The notes: generated from the sequence alone by a model not told the origin. DNA of 40,708 nucleotides from an uncultured beta proteobacterium (GCA_903925725.1 CAIYGK010000250.1:1-40708), one strand, 5' to 3'. Shown: positions 17,980 through 27,191, counted from the first letter of the stretch. A program made the numbers and translations.

Positions 17980-18762
17980 ATGGACCTGAAGCTGAGCGGT
18001 CGCCGCGCCCTGATTACCGGCGGCTCCAAGGGGATCGGCTTGGCCATCGCCCGCCTGCTGGCAAACGAAGGTTGCCACCTGGACCTGGTTGCGCGATCAG
18101 CCGACGACCTGGAGAGCGCAGGCGAGGAACTGCGTCAACGTCACGGTGTCGAGGTGAGGGTTCATGCCATTGACCTGGCTGGACGGGGGCGAGCCGAAGA
18201 GTTGGCAGCCTTGTGCACGGACATCGACATTCTCGTCAACAATGCCGGTGCCACACCGCGTGGCAGCCTGCTTGATGTCGAAGAAGACCGCTGGCGCGCC
18301 GCCTTCGACCTCAAGCTGTTTGGCTATATCAATCTGTCGCGTGCTTTCTATCGACAGATGAAGGCGCGCCACAGCGGCGTCATCATCAACATCATTGGCA
18401 ACGGCGGCGAACGACTCGACGCCGGCTACATCGCCGGCGCCACTGGCAACGCTGCGCTGATGGCCTTCACGCGCGCGCTTGGCGGCGCCAGTGCGACCGA
18501 CGGTATCCGTGTGGTTGGCGTCAATCCGGGTCCGGTGGCGACGGAGCGTCTGGTTGGCCTGATGAAGACCGAGGCCAGTACACGCCATGGCGACCCCGCC
18601 CGTTGGCGCGAATTCGAAGCCGGGTTTCCCTTCGGACGCGCTGCCACTGTTGAGGAAATCGCTGCCACAGTGGCCTTGCTCGCCTCCGATCTGTCGTCGT
18701 ACACCACCGGCACCATCATCACCATCGACGGCGGCATGGCAAACAGGGGTTCGCTCATCTGA
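17980..18762 (+). CDS. Atypical SDR-family oxidoreductase
   Basis: TGGSKGIG, NNAG, VNPGPVAT. The catalytic region reads YIAGATGNAAL with no YxxxK. ATG at 17980 follows AAGGAG. Confidence 0.88.
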   Translation: MDLKLSGRRALITGGSKGIGLAIARLLANEGCHLDLVARSADDLESAGEELRQRHGVEVRVHAIDLAGRGRAEELAALCTDIDILVNNAGATPRGSLLDVEEDRWRAAFDLKLFGYINLSRAFYRQMKARHSGVIINIIGNGGERLDAGYIAGATGNAALMAFTRALGGASATDGIRVVGVNPGPVATERLVGLMKTEASTRHGDPARWREFEAGFPFGRAATVEEIAATVALLASDLSSYTTGTIITIDGGMANRGSLI

Positions 18763-18901
18763 CCGAGATTTTGACTGCGATTTTGCTGGACTGCCCTTTG
18801 TATTCGGTATACGATATGCGCTGATGAAGCCGGTCCTGACCAACTGTTCTGGTTCGGTGCCCGGCCCAGCTCAAATTGCCGCGAGAACTCAGGAAGACCC
18901 C

Positions 18902-20917
18902 ATGCAAGTGCCGCAAAACAACCCACTTCTTCAGACGCCCACCCGCAGCTTGCCGCGCCATGTCGCCGTCATTGGCGCAGGCTCGATCGGACCGGACATC
19001 GGCTACTACCTCAAGAGTACGCTGCCCGACCTCAAGCTGACATTGATCGACATCTCGCAGGCCGCCATCGATGGCGCGCTGGGCCGCTTTGCCGAGTACG
19101 CCAACAAGGCGCTGGCCAAGGGCAAGATGAACGCACAACAGGCAGCTGCGGTGCAGCAGAACGTTCACGGCAGCACCGACTACGATGCCATCAAGGGCTG
19201 TGACTGGGTGATCGAAGCCGCCACAGAAAACATCGACCTCAAGCGGCGCATCTTTGCGGCGATTGAAGCGCGTGTGGCCAGCGACGCCGTCATCACCTCC
19301 AACACCAGTTCCTTGCCGGCAGAGCGCATTTTTTCCGATCTCCAGCACAAAGAGCGCGCCACCGTCACCCACTTCTTCGCGCCAGCCTGGCGCAACCCGG
19401 CGGTCGAAGTGATCGACTGGCCCGAGGCAGCGCCCGCGCTGGTCGCCTGGCTGCGCTGGGTTTTCTGCAGCACCGGCAAGCTGCCCCTGGTAACCAGCGA
19501 CGCGCCGTGTTTTATGCTGGACCGCATCTTCGACAACTGGTGCAATGAGGCCGCGCTCCTGCTCGGCCAGGCGACGGCTTCGGAAGTCGATACGGTGGCC
19601 ACCGAGTTCGTGCATGCCGGACCCTTCTTTGTGCTGAACCTGGCGCACGGCAACCCGATCATCACTGAGACCAACACCTTGCAGGCCGACGAAGAAGGCG
19701 AGCACTACCGTCCGGCCCCCATCTTCAAATCCGTACAGAAGTGGCTTACCGTCGCACCTGGAAAGCGCGTTGAGGTGCCGGCCGCAACAGCGCAGGCCAT
19801 CAGGGACCGCCTGTTGGGCATTCTGTGGTCGCAATCGGTGGACATTCTGGACCGTGCCATAGGCACACCGGCCGACCTTGACCTGGGTTGCTGCACCGCG
19901 CTGGGCTTCAAGAGCGGGCCGCTGGCCCTGCTGCGCCAGACACCGTTGGCGGAGGCGCAGCGCATCCTGGACCGGCTGGCACAGGAGCGAGCCGGCATGC
20001 CCATGCCGCGCAAACCACTGGCTGACTACCTGCGTTTTGAGCGCCATGTGTTGGTGGACGATCTGGACGGCGTCAAGGTCATCACCCTGCGCCGCCCCGA
20101 GGCCCTGAATGCCTTACATGATGAAATGACGGATGAAATTCTGGCGGTGATCCGGCGTTTTGAGAACGACCCTGGCGTGGCCGGATTTGTCATCACCGGT
20201 TATGGCAACAAGGCATTTTGTGCTGGTGCAGACATCGGCCGCTTCCCTTCTATGCTCGGTGACAAGGCTGCAGCAGCACAGTATTCACGCGACTGCTCGC
20301 GCCTCTTGGTGCATCTGGACAGTATGCAAAAGCCCGTGGTGGCTGCCCTCAACGGCATGGCCCTGGGCGGCGGTTTTGAGTTGGCGATGCGCTGCCACGC
20401 GCTGGTTGCCATAGAGAACAGCTGGATGCAACTGCCCGAGGTCAGCCTGGGCATCCTGCCCGGAATCGGCGCCATGGTCGTACCCTACCGTCGTTGGCCG
20501 CAGGCCGCAGGCACCTTCCACGCCATGCTGCGGCGCTGCGAAAAGCTCAAAGCCAAACAGGCCCTGGCGCTCGGCGTGGTGGATGCGCTGGCGAAAGATT
20601 CTTCCGAGTTGATTGCCCTGGCGGTGGCGCGCGTGCAGGCCCTGGCGCAGGGGCATAGTCGTATTGCCGACGCACCCGTCGCCGTCCCCGCCTTCGAGCC
20701 CATGGACGGCAAGGCGGCGAGTGGCATGATCTTGAGTCCAACTACGCTCGCCTTGCTGGAACGTGCCGTGCAGCAGGCGGCAGAAGCGCCGACCTTGGCA
20801 GCAGCGCTGGAGATCGGTTACCTTGCCTTTGGGGACAGCGCCTGCACAGCGGCCGCCCGTGAAGGCATCGCGGCCTTTGGCGAACGACGCGCACCGGACT
20901 TTGCCCGGGTAGGGTGA
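18902..20917 (+). CDS. 3-hydroxyacyl-CoA dehydrogenase / enoyl-CoA hydratase fusion (HAD N-terminal, ECH C-terminal; IaaP-like)
   Basis: GAGSIG, EAATEN..LK, SNTSSL, HFFAP, then LRRPEALNAL, FCAGADI, NGMALGGGFELA, PEVSLGILPG. ATG at 18902. Confidence 0.9.
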   Translation: MQVPQNNPLLQTPTRSLPRHVAVIGAGSIGPDIGYYLKSTLPDLKLTLIDISQAAIDGALGRFAEYANKALAKGKMNAQQAAAVQQNVHGSTDYDAIKGCDWVIEAATENIDLKRRIFAAIEARVASDAVITSNTSSLPAERIFSDLQHKERATVTHFFAPAWRNPAVEVIDWPEAAPALVAWLRWVFCSTGKLPLVTSDAPCFMLDRIFDNWCNEAALLLGQATASEVDTVATEFVHAGPFFVLNLAHGNPIITETNTLQADEEGEHYRPAPIFKSVQKWLTVAPGKRVEVPAATAQAIRDRLLGILWSQSVDILDRAIGTPADLDLGCCTALGFKSGPLALLRQTPLAEAQRILDRLAQERAGMPMPRKPLADYLRFERHVLVDDLDGVKVITLRRPEALNALHDEMTDEILAVIRRFENDPGVAGFVITGYGNKAFCAGADIGRFPSMLGDKAAAAQYSRDCSRLLVHLDSMQKPVVAALNGMALGGGFELAMRCHALVAIENSWMQLPEVSLGILPGIGAMVVPYRRWPQAAGTFHAMLRRCEKLKAKQALALGVVDALAKDSSELIALAVARVQALAQGHSRIADAPVAVPAFEPMDGKAASGMILSPTTLALLERAVQQAAEAPTLAAALEIGYLAFGDSACTAAAREGIAAFGERRAPDFARVG

Positions 20918-20979
20918 GTGACCCGCCCCCTACCGGCCGACCGTCAGTATGCTGGTAGCTCAATGTAATTGCAGATCAC

Positions 20980-21972
20980 TCACGCATACAACTTTGCCAG
21001 CACACCTGCCAGGCCAGCCTGCGGATCCCAGCCGCGATACCGGTACGCGATCGTTCCTTGCGGGTCGATCAGGAAGATCGACGGGGTGTCCGAGCACGAG
21101 TAGTAGGTGCAACTCAGGTACTCGCGGTTGTAATACTGGCAGGCGTCGTCGGTATCTGCGACCAAGGGGTAGTTGACCCCATAGGTTTGAGACCAGGCGT
21201 TCAGATCCGCTGGCCCGGCGATGCGTAATTCCGAATTCGGAGCGACCAGCACCGACAGCACCTCAAGACCGGCAGGGTGGTATTGGCTATAGATAGACGA
21301 CAGCACTGGAGCGAAGTTGCGCGCACCGGCGCAGAACCATGCACCGAACGTGACGAGAGCCCACTTGCCACGCAGGGCACTCAGAGTGTGGAGTTGCCCG
21401 CTCGCATCGAGCCCCTTGAAGTTGGGCGCCGGGTCGCCGGGCATGATGGCGACGTAGGCGAACAAGGTGTTATCGAAACCCGGGGTCAAGTTCAAGTCCC
21501 AGGTGCCCGAATCGGGGATCGCCTTGCCATTAAGCTGCAACCATAGCTTGGCGTTGTCCGGCACGGCTTTGATGGCGTAAGCAGCGCCCGGACGCACCTG
21601 TGCGCCGCCGGTGATCCCAATGTTATCGCCCGGAAGCCTCGTCTCAGCCCAATCGAGAACCAGGCCCAGGTTTACGCCCCCGGAACTGTGGATGGACAGG
21701 TGGTAGGTGCCGTCACAACTGGGGAGCGATGGCCCTCCGCAAGACGGGGTGCTATTCGCAGGACTGTTCAAATTCTTGGTCGTCACTAACAATGACGATG
21801 CCGGGCTGGATCCTGATCCGCCCACACCATCCCCACCGCCGCCACCGCAACCGGAGAGCCAAACAGAAGACGGTAACCCCATGCTGAGCAGGGCCGCAAT
21901 CGCAGATCTTCGGTTGAATCCCTGTGACTCGCGTGTCAATGCAACAGGGTCGGTGTTGAACTTGCTACTCAT
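20980..21972 (-). CDS. Putative Tat-exported lipoprotein with a C-terminal TlpA/redoxin domain (CxxA)
   Basis: NRRSAI twin-Arg, LSGC lipobox, G/S-rich linker, GDPAPNF...LSALRGKWALVTFGAWFCAGA...TPSIFLIDPQG. ATG at 21972 follows GGAGG. Confidence 0.8.
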   Translation of the reverse strand: MSSKFNTDPVALTRESQGFNRRSAIAALLSMGLPSSVWLSGCGGGGGDGVGGSGSSPASSLLVTTKNLNSPANSTPSCGGPSLPSCDGTYHLSIHSSGGVNLGLVLDWAETRLPGDNIGITGGAQVRPGAAYAIKAVPDNAKLWLQLNGKAIPDSGTWDLNLTPGFDNTLFAYVAIMPGDPAPNFKGLDASGQLHTLSALRGKWALVTFGAWFCAGARNFAPVLSSIYSQYHPAGLEVLSVLVAPNSELRIAGPADLNAWSQTYGVNYPLVADTDDACQYYNREYLSCTYYSCSDTPSIFLIDPQGTIAYRYRGWDPQAGLAGVLAKLYA

Positions 21973-22158
21973 CGCTGCCTCCAATTACAAATCCATATCG
22001 GCGAAATCGCCAGTCCAGTTTAGTAAGAAAGAGAAGATCGCAAAGGGGGGACACAGGCACTGCCTTGCGCAGCAATGTTTTGATTACCCGGGCTTCGAAG
22101 TACCGCACGTCCGAAAGATTTCTCGGTGGGAATTTTAGTAAGTGACTGTGAAATGTTT

Positions 22159-22174
22159 TGTGAACTAGTTCACA
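22159..22174. promoter_or_regulatory. CRP/FNR-family-type binding site
   Basis: Perfect palindrome TGTGA-ACTAGT-TCACA (TGTGA-N6-TCACA) in the intergenic region upstream of the redoxin gene. Confidence 0.65.
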
Positions 22175-22296
22175 CTCGTGCCGGCTTTCTGGAAGTTTTG
22201 CGTGAGACGGTCGTTTGTCTTTCTGCAAATTTGACCAGTGAACATGAACGAATATCCGTTGTCGAGTGCGGCCGACCCGAACGTGCCTGTGCCGAT

Positions 22297-23070
22297 CTAC
22301 CTGGTTCCCGTCAGAGCAAACATGACACCTTCAGGGTCAAGACCATTCACGATCCATCCTCCGCCCGGAACTTCCATCGGGCCGTGAATCACTTGACCAC
22401 CGGCTTCAACTATGCGACGGGCCGCGAGTTCGATTCCGTCAACCCGAAAATACACAAGCCAAGCTGGTCGCGCAAAGCGGGCGTCGGTCATGATGCCGCC
22501 AAGATCGCGCCCCCCGATACTGAGCAACTGGTAGACGCCCATGGGACCCATGTCCACACTACGTGATTTACCCCAGCCGAACTGCCCGCAATAGAAGTCC
22601 GTAGCGCTAACGCCATCGGTGGCATGCAATTCGTGCCAAGCCCCGTGCCCTGGGCTGTCGGGGCTGTACGCAGTGCTCTTCTCGTCACTCGATCCGCGCA
22701 TCACATAAAACGGCGCGCCTTGCGGATCCAACAGCATCGCGATACGCCCAACATTCGCAATGTCGAATGCAGGCATCAGGACCGAACCGCCGGTGGCGGT
22801 ATTCGCGCAAACGCAAGCGTCAACATCGTCGACGCCGATGTACATCATCCAACATGGCGCCGCACCCTGCTTGCACATGTCATCGGTCAGTTTGAATACG
22901 CCGCCGACCAAACCGTCGCCTGCGTTGATCATGCGGTAGTCCATCGTTGAACCCGTCGGGGGCGTCTCGTCAATTTGCCAACCTAAAACGGCTGCGTAAA
23001 AGCGACGCGCTGCTAAAGGGTCTTTGGACATCAACTCGTACCAAATCGGCGTACCGTGGCGGTCACTCAT
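22297..23070 (-). CDS. Two-domain VOC/glyoxalase-bleomycin-resistance family protein
   Basis: WYELMS.D..A..FY..VLGW and WHELH......FY...FGW repeats, DPQGA / DPEG. ATG at 23070 follows AAGGAG. Confidence 0.9.
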   Translation of the reverse strand: MSDRHGTPIWYELMSKDPLAARRFYAAVLGWQIDETPPTGSTMDYRMINAGDGLVGGVFKLTDDMCKQGAAPCWMMYIGVDDVDACVCANTATGGSVLMPAFDIANVGRIAMLLDPQGAPFYVMRGSSDEKSTAYSPDSPGHGAWHELHATDGVSATDFYCGQFGWGKSRSVDMGPMGVYQLLSIGGRDLGGIMTDARFARPAWLVYFRVDGIELAARRIVEAGGQVIHGPMEVPGGGWIVNGLDPEGVMFALTGTR

Positions 23071-23288
23071 GTCGGTCTCCTTGTCAAGACATTCAATTTG
23101 AAATTGTCGGCATTGGGTCAAACACGCGCATTATCTGACCGTTCCGATCCAAGGATTCAATCAGAACCTGAAGTTTGCCGAGACGGCATTCGCCGGGACG
23201 CATACTTGGTGTGGCTGGCAGGGGGCAGGTCACCCGGGAAAAACCGGCGAGCCCGGATGAAGCGGCGGAGAAATGTCCCAAATGCGTT

Positions 23289-24113
23289 TTATGGTCCTGC
23301 GGCAGTGACGCCACGTGCGTCGAGCAGGAAGTCCGTCACCAAGTCGGCAAAGCGCTGCGGCATCTGGTCCGGCAGCGGCACCATACCGCCTTCGATTTCG
23401 ACATAACGACTGCCAGCGATGGAACCGGTCAGCGGTTTCGCGCTGGGGTAGGCGTGCGGGTCGGCGGTCGGTGCGATCACCAGCACCGGGCAGCGAATCA
23501 AGGGCAAGCGTGTTTCCATCACATAACGTGCTACCACGGCGTGGCCCTCGACGGCGCGCGCTCCAGCCTTGAGCGCATCGACCATGAAGCGATCCAGCAA
23601 ATCGATGTCACCCGCCGGGTACCAGGGTTGGCGTTGCCGCCACAACTCGCTCAAATGCGAGCCGTCGCTCAAGTGCACAGCGTTGTCGATGCGTACCGGC
23701 CCTGCGTGGCTGGCGCGAAAGTCGGCATTGACCAGTGGCGCAGCGGACAGCACGACAGCCTCAATGCGGTCGGGGCACGCGGCCGCCATCTCGATGGCGA
23801 TGGCAGCGCCGGTATGGTGCCCGACCACTGAAAGGCGTGTTATGCCCAGCGCATCGGCCAGGTCGATGGCGGTTTGCGCCCAATGCTCAATCGAGTCCTG
23901 GCCAAGTGGTGGTTTCGATGAATCACCAAAACCAATGGTGTCCATCGCGATGGCGCGAAAACGCCGCCCCAGCATCGGCAAGACATCGCGGTACTCATCC
24001 CAGGAACGCGGCGTCTGGTGCAGCAACAACACGGGCTTGGCATGCTGCCCACCGCACTCGGCGTAGTGGATCTGCCCAACCGCGAGATCAGCAAATGCGC
24101 GCCGGATGTTCAT
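23289..24113 (-). CDS. Alpha/beta-hydrolase-fold protein with non-canonical active site
   Basis: PVLLLHQTP, AMDTIGFGDS, VVGHHTGA, L..IRCPVLVI. Confidence 0.88.
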   Translation of the reverse strand: MNIRRAFADLAVGQIHYAECGGQHAKPVLLLHQTPRSWDEYRDVLPMLGRRFRAIAMDTIGFGDSSKPPLGQDSIEHWAQTAIDLADALGITRLSVVGHHTGAAIAIEMAAACPDRIEAVVLSAAPLVNADFRASHAGPVRIDNAVHLSDGSHLSELWRQRQPWYPAGDIDLLDRFMVDALKAGARAVEGHAVVARYVMETRLPLIRCPVLVIAPTADPHAYPSAKPLTGSIAGSRYVEIEGGMVPLPDQMPQRFADLVTDFLLDARGVTAAGP

Positions 24114-25111
24114 TCGCGCGTTTCGCTGGCAGGCGCTTGCCAGAGTCCCGCGTGCCTGAGCATGCCGAGCGTGCGCGACAGTACGTCGCGCCGATAGGCA
24201 CCGACATCGCGACCCTCGTATTGATAGAAACCGCTGCCACTCGTCAGGCCGAGTCGCCCTTCTTCAATCATGCGGTCCACGATGGCGGGTGCGGTGTAAC
24301 GCTGCGGGTTGATCGATGCCGACATTTCCCGGCTGGCATGGTGCAGGATGTCACAGCCGCCAAAGTCGATGAATTCGACCACGCCGATGGCCGCAAAGCG
24401 CAGGCCCATACCGTAACGCGTGGCCTTGTCGATTTCTTCGGCTGTGGCTGCGCCCTCCTCGATCATGCGGGCCGCTTCGTTCATCACCAGCGCCTGCAGT
24501 CGCGGCACGATGTAGCCCGGCGTTGCCCCGCACACCACCGGGAGCTTGCCGATGGCTTCCATCAGCAATTTGGTGCGCGCCAGCACCTCGGGGTCGGTAC
24601 CGGGATGGCAGCTGAGCTCGACCACAGGGATCACATAAGCGGGATTGAGCCAGTGCATGTTCAGGAAGCGTTCGGGCCGGCGCACCAGCGCCGCCAACTG
24701 CGTGACAAGAATGCTGCTGGTGGTCGATGTCAATATCGCATCGTCGCGGCAGCAGCGGTTGAGCTGCTCGAAGGCCTCGCGCTTGGCCGCGAGGGTTTCA
24801 GGCACACCTTCAAACACCAGATCCGCAGACTGCAGCGCCGCAGGAGCATCAGCCGCATTGACGAAGTTGACGCGCGCTGCGATGGTCTGAATCTGCTTGG
24901 TTTCGATCACGCCGAGCTGGGCCAGACCCGACAGGCTGGCCTCGATCTCGGCTTGCGCTTCAGCACGAAGCTCTTGCCAGGCCAGGGCGCTGCGCACTCG
25001 CAAGTCGATTAACGAGATACGATGCCCGGCATATGCAAAAGCGATCGCGATGCCGCGCCCCATGCGCCCCGCGCCAACCGCGGCAAAGCGCGGCAGTGGC
25101 CTATGTCCCAT
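24110..25111 (-). CDS. 3-hydroxyacyl-CoA dehydrogenase family protein
   Basis: GAGRMGRGIA, EGVPE....K, STTSS, HWLNPAY, PGYIVPRLQ. Confidence 0.9.
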   Translation of the reverse strand: MGHRPLPRFAAVGAGRMGRGIAIAFAYAGHRISLIDLRVRSALAWQELRAEAQAEIEASLSGLAQLGVIETKQIQTIAARVNFVNAADAPAALQSADLVFEGVPETLAAKREAFEQLNRCCRDDAILTSTTSSILVTQLAALVRRPERFLNMHWLNPAYVIPVVELSCHPGTDPEVLARTKLLMEAIGKLPVVCGATPGYIVPRLQALVMNEAARMIEEGAATAEEIDKATRYGMGLRFAAIGVVEFIDFGGCDILHHASREMSASINPQRYTAPAIVDRMIEEGRLGLTSGSGFYQYEGRDVGAYRRDVLSRTLGMLRHAGLWQAPASETRE

Positions 25112-26174
25112 CGTGCAAGCGCTGCCGGAGCTGTGCCGGTGTCAGGCTTGAGAGACCGAGGGACTCGAACGTGCGTGGTCCCATGCGCAGATCGCGGCCC
25201 AGAAAGCCGCCAGCGATGGCCAGCAAGCCATGCGCGATTGGCGCATCCACACCAGCATAACGTGCCGCCGAGGCCAGAAAAGCCAGCCCCAACTCGGTGT
25301 CTTCGGTGATGTAGCGGTGACTATGGAGATCGATGTTCTCGCGCCAGTCGCCCGACTTGACGAGCTGCTTGTGTGCATCGCCATACATCCATCGATCATT
25401 GTTGTAATGATCGGCCAGCGGATAGTGAGGTCCGCTGTGGCCCAGCGCCTCTCGCACCGCGATGCGTTCCTGATCCAAACGGTCGGTCACGTCACGCACG
25501 GCGCGCTGCGTGCCTTCGTTGTGGATGTCCCAGCGCTCAAAGTGCTGCAGCGGTGCGGCGTTCATCACCATCAGCGGTGGATGGATGATGGGGCCTGCGT
25601 TCATCAGCGCTCCGGACAGCGCGTCGCCACACGCATGCGCGCTGGGATAGGCCTCGCGGATCACGCTGATTGCTGCGTCCGACTTCCGCGCTGGATAGAC
25701 GCCGGTTGGCAGATGGATGGCGCGGATCGTGACATTGACTTCGCGCTCGCCGTGCTTGCGCGCCAGATAGGGAAGCGTGCCGGTCTCGGCCCAGGCCAGG
25801 TCAGCCCGGTTGCCGGCTGTCGCCACTTGCCGCGCCATGACATAGCTGCCAAAGGTGCCAGGAGGAAGAAATATGACCTGACCATCGACCAGGTGCGGCG
25901 CCATGGCACGGGCGATGTCTTGCTGCGCGATCGCTGGTGCGGGGATGACGATCAGCTCGACGTCCCGCAATGCCTCTGCCATAGAAGCCGTGGCAAGGGC
26001 GAGCGGCACCTCACGCTGGCCGTTGGCGTCTTTCAGCGTGACGGAGCCAGCTTGCAACAGCGGCTGCAGGGCCGCAGCGTCACGCCGCCATAGGCGAACT
26101 TCATGCCCTGCTTCGGACAGATCGGCGGCGGCGGCGTAAGCGCCGTGGCCGCCGCCAAGTATTGCAATTTTCAT
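25101..26174 (-). CDS. NAD(P)-dependent opine (octopine/nopaline) dehydrogenase family protein
   Basis: LGGGHGA, ETGTLPY..R, N...IHPP, RYITED..LGL. Confidence 0.87.
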   Translation of the reverse strand: MKIAILGGGHGAYAAAADLSEAGHEVRLWRRDAAALQPLLQAGSVTLKDANGQREVPLALATASMAEALRDVELIVIPAPAIAQQDIARAMAPHLVDGQVIFLPPGTFGSYVMARQVATAGNRADLAWAETGTLPYLARKHGEREVNVTIRAIHLPTGVYPARKSDAAISVIREAYPSAHACGDALSGALMNAGPIIHPPLMVMNAAPLQHFERWDIHNEGTQRAVRDVTDRLDQERIAVREALGHSGPHYPLADHYNNDRWMYGDAHKQLVKSGDWRENIDLHSHRYITEDTELGLAFLASAARYAGVDAPIAHGLLAIAGGFLGRDLRMGPRTFESLGLSSLTPAQLRQRLHDGT

Positions 26175-26183
26175 GGGTCGAGA

Positions 26184-27149
26184 CTACTCTGGCTTGGCAC
26201 CGGTGAGTGCGATCATGCGCTGGTAGCGCTCGATGTCGCGGCGCACCAGCGCTTCGAGTTCAGCCGGACTGCCGGTGGTGGCGTCCAGGCCGGCCACAGC
26301 GATGCGCTCGATCACTGCCGGGTCGTGCATGATGGTGCGAATTTCACGGTTCAGCCGCGCCACCACGGCCTCGGACGTCCCCGCAGGGGCCAGGATGGCA
26401 TACCAGTCGACCAGCGCGAACTCCGGGTAGCCGCTCTCGGCAATGGTGGGCACGTCGGGCGCGACCGCGTTGCGCTTCGGGCTGGTGACGGCCAGCGCCA
26501 CCAGCTTGCCTGCCTTGGCCTGGCGGATACCGTTGCCAGCAACGACCAGCGACAGACTGACCTGGCCACCGACCAGATCGATCAGGGCCTGACCGCCGCC
26601 CTTGTAAGGAATGTCCAGGATGTCGATCCCGGCCAAGCGCTTGAACCACTCGAAACCGAGGTAATGCGGGCTGCTGGGCCCGAGCGACGCGAACGACAGG
26701 CGCCCCGGTTGGGCCCGCGCCAAGGCCACCAACTCGGGCAGCGACCGCGCACTCAGCGAAGGATGGGCCACCAGCATCAGCGGCGAAGTGGTCAGCTGCG
26801 CGACAAAGGCAAAGTCCTTGAGCGAGTTGTACGGCAGCGCCACGCCGTAGGCAGCATTGATGGCGTGGATGTCGGTGGTCAGCAAGAGTGTGTGACCGTC
26901 GGGCGCCGCCGAGGCAACTGCGCGCGTCGCGATGACGGAGTTGCCACCGGGCTTGTTCTCGACCATTACCGGCACGCCGAGCGCTGCCGTCAGGCGCTCG
27001 GCCAGAGCGCGCGCCACCACGTCCGTGCCGCCGCCGGGCGCGAAAGGCACGATGATGCGCACCGGTTGGCTTGGAAAATCAGCCGCGCCTGCCTGAACCG
27101 CCAGACACAGTGTGAACACACCGAGCAGGAATGAAAACAAACGTCTCAT
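26184..27149 (-). CDS. Bug/TctC tripartite tricarboxylate transporter substrate-binding protein
   Basis: Signal peptide, IIVPFAPGGGTD..AR, VENKPG, IPYKGGG, PDVPT..ESG. Confidence 0.95.
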   Translation of the reverse strand: MRRLFSFLLGVFTLCLAVQAGAADFPSQPVRIIVPFAPGGGTDVVARALAERLTAALGVPVMVENKPGGNSVIATRAVASAAPDGHTLLLTTDIHAINAAYGVALPYNSLKDFAFVAQLTTSPLMLVAHPSLSARSLPELVALARAQPGRLSFASLGPSSPHYLGFEWFKRLAGIDILDIPYKGGGQALIDLVGGQVSLSLVVAGNGIRQAKAGKLVALAVTSPKRNAVAPDVPTIAESGYPEFALVDWYAILAPAGTSEAVVARLNREIRTIMHDPAVIERIAVAGLDATTGSPAELEALVRRDIERYQRMIALTGAKPE

Positions 27150-27191
27150 GGTAATCACCTCGTTCTTCAGGTCCGGATCCGGTCGCCGCGC

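Noticed and set aside
18587-18901. N-terminal extensions given by the ORF track (also for ACAD 3133, MarR 7538, LivM 29776, binding protein 31980, FeS 36474)
   Set aside because: They overlap upstream genes and lack family similarity; the downstream ATGs fit better, several with a clear RBS.
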